Of a stretch of DNA of 64,000 nucleotides, positions 57,106 through 64,000 are shown one piece after another. Position 1 is the first letter of the stretch, and each line of letters starts with the position of its first letter. Position numbers and translations under genes: made by a program. Source of the stretch: Candidatus Melainabacteria bacterium (GTDB taxonomy: Bacteria; Cyanobacteriota; Vampirovibrionia; 2-02-FULL-35-15); assembly GCA_016193285.1 (NCBI GenBank), contig JACPSL010000018.1, forward strand, positions 3,589 through 67,588, in the 5' to 3' direction. A model generated the notes under the pieces. The model had not been told where the DNA came from. It was given only the letters and a program-made list of their open reading frames with translations, and did not search any database.

Positions 57106-58509
57106 ATGGCAAAGAAGGTTTTAATCGTCGGATGGGACTGTGCTTCACCTGACTGGGTATTTGATAAGTGGATTAATAATTTACCCACCTTAAAATTACT
57201 TTTTAAAAAGAGTGTTTATGGAAATCTTACAAGTACCATTCCACCAATTACTGTACCAGCATGGCAGTGTATGTTAACAAGCAAAGATCCTGGACAGCTT
57301 GGTGTTTATGGTTTTAGAAACAGGAAAGATTATAGCTACGATGGTCAGTACTTTTCAAATGGAGCTGATATTTTAGAGCCTGCTGTTTGGGACATACTTG
57401 GTAAAATAAATAAAAAATCAATCTTAGTTGGTGTACCACAAACATATCCTCCAAGACCAATTAATGGTCATATGGTAACTTGTTTTTTAACCCCAAGTAT
57501 TAAGTCACAATATACTTATCCAAATGAACTAAGATATGAAATAGAAGAAAATATTGGGGAATATATTCCTGATGTAAAACAATTTAGGACTGAAGACAGG
57601 GATTTTATTTTAAAGCAAATTTACGAAGCAACTAAAACAAGATTTAAAACTTTTAGACATCTTTTAAAAACAAAAGAGTGGGATTTTGCAATGATTGTTG
57701 AAATGGGCACAGATCGTATCCATCATAGCTTTTGGAAATTTTTAGATCCCTTGCATCCTAAATATGAAATTGGAAATAAATATGAAAATGTAATTCCAGA
57801 ATATTATAAATATCTCGACAATGAATTGGCAGAAACATTAAAATTGGTTGATTTAAATGAAACAGCAATAATGGTTGTATCTGACCATGGCGCAAAAGCA
57901 ATGATTGGAGGGATTTGCATAAATGAATGGCTTATAAAAGAAGGGCTTTTAACTTTAAAAGAATACCCAAAAACATTTACTCCAATTGAAAAATTAGAAA
58001 TTGACTGGTCTAAAACAAAAGTTTGGGGATCAGGTGGTTACTATGCACGAATATTTATAAATGTTCAAGGTCGAGAGCCAAACGGACAAATACCACAAAG
58101 TGAATATAAAGAACTCAGAGCCAAACTAAAAGAAAAAATTGAAAATATAAAAGATGAACGAGGAAGAAAGCTAGCTACAGTTGCATATATTCCAGAAGAA
58201 ATTTATAAGACAACAAATCGTATACCTCCAGATTTAATTGTAATTTTTGATGATTTAAGATGGAGATCGGTCGGTAGCGTAGGAATAAATTCTATTTATA
58301 CTTATGAAAATGATACAGGTCCTGATGAAGCCAATCATGCACAAGAAGGCTTGTATCTATTATTTGATCCAAAAAATATTTCAAGTGGTAGGAGAGATGA
58401 CAAGCATCATTTAATGGATATCGCACCAACAGTATTGGACCTTTTAGGTGTTAAAATACCTAGTGATATGCTAGGAAAATCAATTTGTGGGTTAGGGGTA
58501 CACGTTTGA
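57106..58509 (+). CDS. Alkaline-phosphatase-superfamily nucleotide pyrophosphatase/phosphodiesterase
   Basis: IVGWDCA, STIPPITVPAW...TSKDPG, DRIHHSFW, VSDHGA, NHAQEG, DIAPTVL. Confidence 0.88.
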   Translation: MAKKVLIVGWDCASPDWVFDKWINNLPTLKLLFKKSVYGNLTSTIPPITVPAWQCMLTSKDPGQLGVYGFRNRKDYSYDGQYFSNGADILEPAVWDILGKINKKSILVGVPQTYPPRPINGHMVTCFLTPSIKSQYTYPNELRYEIEENIGEYIPDVKQFRTEDRDFILKQIYEATKTRFKTFRHLLKTKEWDFAMIVEMGTDRIHHSFWKFLDPLHPKYEIGNKYENVIPEYYKYLDNELAETLKLVDLNETAIMVVSDHGAKAMIGGICINEWLIKEGLLTLKEYPKTFTPIEKLEIDWSKTKVWGSGGYYARIFINVQGREPNGQIPQSEYKELRAKLKEKIENIKDERGRKLATVAYIPEEIYKTTNRIPPDLIVIFDDLRWRSVGSVGINSIYTYENDTGPDEANHAQEGLYLLFDPKNISSGRRDDKHHLMDIAPTVLDLLGVKIPSDMLGKSICGLGVHV

Positions 58510-58517
58510 CGAATATA

Positions 58518-58593
58518 GGTTTTGTCCGATTTATTCGGCAAAACCGATCAAACTAGAAGGATTGGCAAAAGGAAGGTTCAGCTTGTCTGAACC
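58518..58593. repeat. 76-nt double-hairpin element, copy B
   Basis: GGTTTTG-T-CCGA-TTTAT-TCGG-CAAAACC, 29-nt spacer, GGTTCAG-CTTGT-CTGAACC; ends 9 nt before the ATG at 58603. Confidence 0.7.
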
Positions 58594-58602
58594 TATAAAA
58601 AA

Positions 58603-59097
58603 ATGAAAACAATCTGGTTTTGTGGTAACGATGAAAATAAATTAATTTCCTTAGCAGAAATGCTTGGTGAAGAATTAATTCTAAGAGATCAATTTGTAGA
58701 AGTAATTGTCCAAAGTGAAGTAAAAGAAATTCTTGGAAAAGGATTAAAAGATACGAATGAAGATAAATCTGTTTTTATTGACAGGCTTGGTTTTTTAGGA
58801 AATCTTCTTCATAGAAATAATATTTACGCACTGATTGTGTCAAGTGAAGCCACATTGAACGATAGAAAACCTGTTAAAGAGAATTATAAAAATTATGTAG
58901 GGGTTTGTCATGGCAAACCCAATGATCCATTGACAGATGTAGCATTAGATGAAAAAGATGATATCAAACAAAATGCAAAAAAAATAATAGATTACCTTGT
59001 AAAATTAAATTTAATTCCTGGAAAAAATACAAGTGCTTATTCAAAGGAAGAAGAAGAAGAGATTAGACGAAGATTAGAGAATTTAGGTTATGTGTAA
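58603..59097 (+). CDS. Adenylyl-sulfate kinase (CysC)-like protein lacking the P-loop
   Basis: TIWFCG, EEL..R...VEV, LGKGL....ED....I.RLGF...LL.RN follow CysC; no GxxGxGK(S/T); C-terminal YS.EEEEEI..RL..LGY. Confidence 0.65.
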   Translation: MKTIWFCGNDENKLISLAEMLGEELILRDQFVEVIVQSEVKEILGKGLKDTNEDKSVFIDRLGFLGNLLHRNNIYALIVSSEATLNDRKPVKENYKNYVGVCHGKPNDPLTDVALDEKDDIKQNAKKIIDYLVKLNLIPGKNTSAYSKEEEEEIRRRLENLGYV

Positions 59098-60169
59098 ACA
59101 ATCTATCTAGCACTTGGCTAATGTAATCTTTATCTGGTCTTATCTTATTTAAGATTGTAAATCTGTCAGGTCTTGTCTGTGGTGCATGAATTATTACTTC
59201 AATTAATTGTTCTTTAGTTAAACCTATCATTGGTAATGTAGTAGGTAAACCCATAAATCTTAAAACTACTTTTAGCTCTTCAAAATTATTTTTTTGAATA
59301 TAATCCAATTCTGCTCGCAGGAAAGTAGCAATGTATGTTCCAAAAGCTACTTGAGCTCCATGTTGCTTTAGGTCTCCAAAAAGTTCGTCAATAGCATGGC
59401 TTATTAAGTGTTCTGCCCCACTTGCTGGCCTACTTGTTCCAGCTATTTCCATAGCTATTCCAGATAAAGCTAATGATTCAATTACTAAATTTAAATTTTC
59501 TTTTAAAAATTGTTCTCTTGTTTTTCTTTGTAAGATGTAATTTTCAATCTCACAAAACACGTTTTGAGCTGCATGTTTAGAAACCATTACTGCATAATCA
59601 TCTATATATTCATTTGCCTCTATATTTGCAAGTTTACAATCTTCAACAGCCGACAGATTAGACAAAAGATCCCCAACACCACTAATTATGCTTTCTTCAT
59701 CAGATTTTTCTATTAAGTGAAGAGGGACAAATAAAGCAATTGGAATAGTTGCACCAAGACTTTTATATTTATTTTGTTTTTCTTTTAAAACTGCAACAGG
59801 AGAACAAATGCCATCGTTTGAAATTGAAGTTGGAATACTAATACAAGGAATGTTATTTATATGTGCAGCATACTTTGCTGTATCTATTACTTTCCCACCA
59901 CCTACACCAACTACAATATCAAAATCAACTAGTGAGAGCTGATTTACATAAGCAATTGAAGCATTTATTACTTGAAACGTTTTCAATTTTTCTACCTTAC
60001 CTAAAAGAGCAACCTCTAACTCATTTGTAATCAAGTAATTAGGAGTCTTAGTAGTAATTAAAGCTACTTTAGAAAATCCTTCTTCATTTATAAAATTAAT
60101 AAGCTTATCTGCTACTTCTTTATTTGAATTTAAAATACATAAATTATGAGGGACATTAATTGTATTCAT
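59063..60169 (-). CDS. Glycerol-1-phosphate dehydrogenase-like iron-containing alcohol dehydrogenase (EgsA/AraM family)
   Basis: GVGGGKVIDTAKY, PTSISNDGICSP, SRPASGAEHLISHAID, HGAQV. Confidence 0.82.
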   Translation of the reverse strand: MNTINVPHNLCILNSNKEVADKLINFINEEGFSKVALITTKTPNYLITNELEVALLGKVEKLKTFQVINASIAYVNQLSLVDFDIVVGVGGGKVIDTAKYAAHINNIPCISIPTSISNDGICSPVAVLKEKQNKYKSLGATIPIALFVPLHLIEKSDEESIISGVGDLLSNLSAVEDCKLANIEANEYIDDYAVMVSKHAAQNVFCEIENYILQRKTREQFLKENLNLVIESLALSGIAMEIAGTSRPASGAEHLISHAIDELFGDLKQHGAQVAFGTYIATFLRAELDYIQKNNFEELKVVLRFMGLPTTLPMIGLTKEQLIEVIIHAPQTRPDRFTILNKIRPDKDYISQVLDRLFTHNLNSLIFV

Positions 60170-60924
60170 AGTAATGCTAATTTTTTGATTTGGCTTGAAA
60201 TATTTTTAGCCATCTCAAAATCCTCAAGTGTATCTACTTCTGTCCAAATGTTACCTTCTGTAGAGCATGGAGAAATAGATACTTCATTTAACACTTGTGC
60301 TAATGCATCTTCATAGTATAAATCAAAGTTGTTATTTTTAATATTAAGTTCAACTGATTCTAAGAATTTAACTCTTTCTATTCCTCTTAAGTAGGTAATT
60401 CCAATGTATTCACCATATGAAGTAGCAATGTCTAGATTCTTATTAATTTCAATGATTTTACTGCTTGAATCTATTTTAACTTTCATATCTTCAGAGATAA
60501 GTTCTTTTTTGTTGTCAATAATAAGAAAAGAGCTGAGCGCTGAAAGCTGAGAGCTGAGAGCTAAATTTTTTAAAATATCCTGATGAAAAATAATATCTGA
60601 ATTCAATAATATTGTTTCATCATCCCAAATATTTCTTGCAAGGTAAGCAGAATAAATATTATTGTATTCTTTAAATTTTTCGTTAAAAATAAATCGAAAA
60701 ATAAATTGATCTGACCACTTTTTATTTATATGCTCTTTTAATCTTTCTTCTTTGTGTCCTGTTACAAAAATAATCTCTTTTATGTTTATTTCTTTTAAAG
60801 ATTCAAGGGAAAAATCAATTAAACAGTTCTTAGAATCTGCTTTTAAAAGGCATTTCGGGATATCACTAGTAAGCTCACCAAGTCTTTGTCCTGCACCAGC
60901 TGCTAATATAATTGCTTTTTTCAT
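60166..60924 (-). CDS. Phosphocholine/sugar-phosphate cytidylyltransferase (LicC-like NTP transferase)
   Basis: IILAAG.GQRL..LT..PKCLL, YNNIYS, LLNSDI, GEYIGI, WTEVDTLED. Confidence 0.85.
   Translation of the reverse strand: MKKAIILAAGAGQRLGELTSDIPKCLLKADSKNCLIDFSLESLKEINIKEIIFVTGHKEERLKEHINKKWSDQFIFRFIFNEKFKEYNNIYSAYLARNIWDDETILLNSDIIFHQDILKNLALSSQLSALSSFLIIDNKKELISEDMKVKIDSSSKIIEINKNLDIATSYGEYIGITYLRGIERVKFLESVELNIKNNNFDLYYEDALAQVLNEVSISPCSTEGNIWTEVDTLEDFEMAKNISSQIKKLALL
60532..60562. repeat. Heptamer tandem repeat inside the NTP-transferase gene
   Basis: GCTGAGC GCTGAAA GCTGAGA GCTGAGA GCT, encoding ALSSQLSALS. Confidence 0.7.
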
Positions 60925-60950
60925 GAGATTTATGCTAACACAGAAAAGAG

Positions 60951-61119
60951 GTAACTTCTAAGCATGTTAATTTATCTTAGGTTATCCTTCACGAAATTAT
61001 GCTATTTAATAAAGCGAGGCTTGATCCCCAAAAATATACAAAAGACTTGGGCGAGCCGAGCGGTCTATGGAAAGGTGGCTCAAGGAGCCATGTCACCGCA
61101 GAGCCATCTGAGTAATTAC
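60951..61119. mobile_element. MITE-like element, copy 2 (inverted relative to copy 1)
   Basis: 60961-61119 aligns to the reverse complement of 41141-41287 with few substitutions and one variable insert; right end CTGAGTAATTAC, left end GTAACTTCTAAGC (degenerate TIR). Confidence 0.75.
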
Positions 61120-61189
61120 GAAAATAGCATTTAAGGCAATAATCTTAGTCAAAATCGCATATTAACTATACTTGGGTATAATCTTATGC

Positions 61190-61569
61190 GGGGGCGTAAC
61201 AGTCTCGACAAGATTGAAGGATTCTGAATTGCAAGCAGTGGAAGCTTGGTTACCACTTAAAATATTCAAAGCAAAAAGAAACGATAATGTCGTTTACGTA
61301 AATTTCGGAGCTCCTGCATATGCAGTAGCTGCCTAATTTTATAGGCATCGAAACAGAGTGAAAGTGTGACTACCAACTCAAGCTCTGAACAAACCAGGTA
61401 GTTGCAGCTAATTAGTTTCTTGGTTTAGTAGTTAGCTTAAGATCAAAACCAAAACACCGGCGGGTGCCTGACCCACTCTTCAGCGGTTCTGAAGAAATTT
61501 CAAGACAAGCTTGTAGATATTTAAAACTTTTCATTTTTGGACAGGAGGGGCAGTTCCTCCTCGCCTCCA
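61190..61569 (+). ncRNA. ssrA: tmRNA (one-piece)
   Basis: GGGGGCG/CGCCTCC-A acceptor stem with G3:U70; CTCGAC near the 5' end; tag ORF 61271-61336 ending YAVAA-TAA; upstream TATAAT at 61177-61182. Confidence 0.9.
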
Positions 61570-61685
61570 AAAATTTAGAAATTAGAGAATTAGAATTTAT
61601 AGAACAAGAAAATATTCTAGATGCAAACCGGGTTTTGGATTTGAAGGAATAACCATCTATACTTCCAAACTTTAAAATTGTTCTA

Positions 61686-62237
61686 TTAGCTGAGGTAAAG
61701 TTTATTGTCCTCGACTTTATATATCATTGGTACAAACAATATATTTGGGTATTTTTCTTTTAGTCTTTTACTTTCACTAACTACAAAGTCGATCTCATTT
61801 TCAATTTCAAAAAATGGTGCAAAAGAGTTAAAGTGGTTTTCAGCTTGCTCCTTAGTCCAGCCAGCGTTTTTGACCAAACCTTGAACTATTTTATCTTTCT
61901 TACTTGTAAGGTTTACCATTCCACAATTGCTGTGTCCTATTAATACAACGTGTTTTATATCACCAAAACCAATTGCAAATGAAAGTTTAAATTCATTGCC
62001 AGTAATCCTTGCACCAGCAGTTCTTAGTATGTAAGCAAACCTGTTGGGTACATTTAATTGCTTTCTGTTATCCATACACATAACAATTGCTATTTGAGCT
62101 TTTTCATATTCTTTAAAACTTGTAGAAAGATTATGATACTTTAATAGTTCAGCAATAGGTGTATTTAGCAGATATTCTGGTATATCTTTTTCAGTTAATA
62201 TACTTTTTAACTCATGTGTGTGGATTTCATTTGTCAT
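61686..62237 (-). CDS. Beta-class carbonic anhydrase-like protein
   Basis: MCMDNR (CxDxR), RTAG, IGHSNCGM (HxxC) Zn ligands. Confidence 0.85.
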   Translation of the reverse strand: MTNEIHTHELKSILTEKDIPEYLLNTPIAELLKYHNLSTSFKEYEKAQIAIVMCMDNRKQLNVPNRFAYILRTAGARITGNEFKLSFAIGFGDIKHVVLIGHSNCGMVNLTSKKDKIVQGLVKNAGWTKEQAENHFNSFAPFFEIENEIDFVVSESKRLKEKYPNILFVPMIYKVEDNKLYLS

Positions 62238-62252
62238 TTATAATTTGTATTT

Positions 62253-62630
62253 TTAACCTAAGAAAGACAATAGTTCGTTGTAGGTTGATAGAAGCTCACT
62301 ATTTGATGTTAGTTGATAAGCAATAAGACTAACTGCACTGGCAAGTACTTTTGATATCTTTTTTGAAGCTACTAAACTATAGAAAACCTCTTTACCTTTT
62401 CTTTCTTCAGTTACTAATTTATGTGTTCTTAAAAGTGCTAAATGCTGAGATACATTTGACTGACTTATATTTAGTTCTTTTTGTAATTCATGAACACTTA
62501 CCTGTTTTTTCTTTTTTAAAAGCCATAATATTTTTATTCTTACTGGATGAGATAATACAGAAAATAAATTGGAAACAGAATTAATTTGTTCTTCAGGAAT
62601 TACTTTTGTCTTTTCTTTTTCTTCTTGCAT
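62253..62630 (-). CDS. ArsR/SmtB family transcriptional regulator
   Basis: FSVLSHPVRIKIL, ISQSNVSQHLALLR...LV..ERKGKEVFYSL. Confidence 0.9.
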   Translation of the reverse strand: MQEEKEKTKVIPEEQINSVSNLFSVLSHPVRIKILWLLKKKKQVSVHELQKELNISQSNVSQHLALLRTHKLVTEERKGKEVFYSLVASKKISKVLASAVSLIAYQLTSNSELLSTYNELLSFLG

Positions 62631-62678
62631 AACTTTTCAAGATATTATAATATCCTAATATGTTAAAATGTTCAAGTT

Positions 62679-64000
62679 ATGAAATTTAGTGTTTTAAAAG
62701 AACGATATTTTGAGAATTTTTTTACAAACTTTATGAGTGGTTTAACTACTGGCGTTGTAGCTTTACCAATGGCTATGGCATTTGGTGTAGCTTCTGGACT
62801 GGGTGCTCATGCAGGTATTTATGGAGCAATGGCTACTGGGATTTTTGCTGCATTATTTGGAGGTACGCCAGGACAAGTTACAGGGCCAACTGGTCCATTG
62901 ACAGTAGTTACTGCCACTCTTGTTGCAAGTCATTTAAAGCACTCAGAGCATATCTTTGCAGCTATTGTATTAGCTGGACTTTTACAAATATTATTTGGGT
63001 TAATTAAAACAGGACAATTTATTCGTTATATACCTTACCCAGTAATATCTGGCTTCATGAGTGGTATAGGAATAATAATTACTATAATTCAAATTAATCC
63101 GCTTTTTGGATTAAAAGGATACGGTGATGTAGAAGACGCCTTATTGCATTTTATTGATATTCCAAAAAGCTTTAATATCCAGGCAATGTTAATTAGTTTG
63201 TTTGCAATTTTAATAATATATTTGCTTCCTCTTATTACAAAGAAAATACCTGCGCCACTTGTTGCTCTTTTAGTTTGTACTTTTACTTCAGTTTATTTTA
63301 ATTTCAACCTACCAAGAATCGGTGAAATACCACACGGTATTCCACTTCCAAGAATTCCTGGGATTTCTATAGAAGATATGCATTTAATTTTTTATGCAGC
63401 ATTTACTCTTGCAGTTCTAAGCTCAATAGATTCATTATTAACATCATTAATTTGCGAGCGAATTACAGGCAAAAGACATGACAGTGAGCAGGAACAAATA
63501 GGACAAGGAATAGGAAATATAGCAGCAGGTTTAATTGGTGGTATTCCTGGAGCTGGAGCTACTATGCGAAGTCTTGTAAACATTAGGTCAGGTGGTACAA
63601 ATTATCTTGGTGGAATAGTACATGGCTTATTTTTACTTGCAGTCTTAGTAAGTATTGGTCCTCTTGCTTCTATTGTCCCGCTTTCATGTTTAGCAGGTAT
63701 TTTAGTTACTGTGGGAATTGGAATACTTGACTATAGAGGTTTACTAAGTATTGGAAAAGCACCAAAAGAAGATGTAATCGTCATGCTTATAACTCTCTCT
63801 CTGACAGTTTTTGTAGATCTAATTATGGCTGTTGTCGTTGGGGTTGCACTCTCAAGTATATTTTTTGCTAAAAAACTTAGTGATATTGGTTCTTCATCAC
63901 ATTCAAGTTATGACAGCCTTGAACATCTTTACGAGGTTGAAAGTCAAATACCGCTAGATCTAAGAAAGAAAATTTACATTTATACCTTCAACGGTCCATT
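62679..64000 (+). CDS. SulP/SLC26 family anion (bicarbonate/sulfate) transporter, 3'-truncated; missing from the ORF track
   Basis: ATG at 62679 opens MKFSVLK...SGLTTGVVALPMAMAFGVASG, GGTPGQVTGPTGP, PYPVISGFM, GGIPGAGATMRS; no stop before the window end. Confidence 0.9.
   Translation, partial: MKFSVLKERYFENFFTNFMSGLTTGVVALPMAMAFGVASGLGAHAGIYGAMATGIFAALFGGTPGQVTGPTGPLTVVTATLVASHLKHSEHIFAAIVLAGLLQILFGLIKTGQFIRYIPYPVISGFMSGIGIIITIIQINPLFGLKGYGDVEDALLHFIDIPKSFNIQAMLISLFAILIIYLLPLITKKIPAPLVALLVCTFTSVYFNFNLPRIGEIPHGIPLPRIPGISIEDMHLIFYAAFTLAVLSSIDSLLTSLICERITGKRHDSEQEQIGQGIGNIAAGLIGGIPGAGATMRSLVNIRSGGTNYLGGIVHGLFLLAVLVSIGPLASIVPLSCLAGILVTVGIGILDYRGLLSIGKAPKEDVIVMLITLSLTVFVDLIMAVVVGVALSSIFFAKKLSDIGSSSHSSYDSLEHLYEVESQIPLDLRKKIYIYTFNGP

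Noticed and set aside
58510-58600. c-di-GMP-I riboswitch, attC site or group II intron end as the identity of the hairpin element
   Set aside because: It lacks the GNRA/receptor GEMM layout, the RYYYAAC...GTTRRRY attC boundaries and a domain V AGC/CGC triad; no integrase or reverse transcriptase is in the window.
61575-61596. TTAGAAA-like micro-repeat after ssrA
   Set aside because: Three imperfect, unevenly spaced AT-rich units are not distinguishable from background.
61464-61652. 62-aa ORF
   Set aside because: It overlaps the tmRNA 3' half; there is no protein motif.
1572-63583. The many 60-130 aa ORFs nested antisense or out of frame in confident genes (e.g. 1572-1754, 13309-13656, 43600-43980, 55754-56137, 63392-63583)
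   Set aside because: They are shadow ORFs of well-supported genes and have no motifs or independent signals.
1-64000. CRISPR array or cas genes
   Set aside because: No run of equal-length repeats with unique spacers and no Cas-like ORF. The repeats seen are dispersed palindromes, MITE-like copies or micro-tandems.

Overview
AT-rich bacterial chromosomal segment of about 65 CDSs. It carries housekeeping genes (aroA, carA, hisG/hisZ/hisD, tyrA, pdxJ, cobT/cobS, ruvC, hflX, secG, aguA/aguB, an RpoD-family sigma), scattered flagellar export/hook genes, tRNA-Ser(GCT) and a tmRNA. Cyanobacteria-like genes together with flagellar genes suggest a non-photosynthetic cyanobacterial relative (Melainabacteria/Vampirovibrionia); this is inference only. 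The most unusual content is a layer of small structured DNA elements. (i) Five 28-nt GTAG-type elements, each with a different 20-nt palindromic core and all inside coding sequences; one lies inside a REP-associated tyrosine transposase gene. (ii) Two 76-nt double-hairpin elements with identical geometry and seven compensatory base-pair changes. (iii) Two ~160-bp MITE-like copies with terminal inverted repeats, one supplying the CobT C-terminus. (iv) Short 7-8 nt tandem repeats. Protein-level oddities are a convergent pair of Kazal/Cys-rich/poly-Ser proteins, a gamma-carbonic-anhydrase/CcmM-N-like protein apparently lacking Zn ligands, an APS-kinase-like protein with no P-loop, FliQ with a long Pro-rich tail, and a standalone GlmU acetyltransferase domain. 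No CRISPR array or integrase was seen. All family assignments come from motif recognition by eye; no database search was run.
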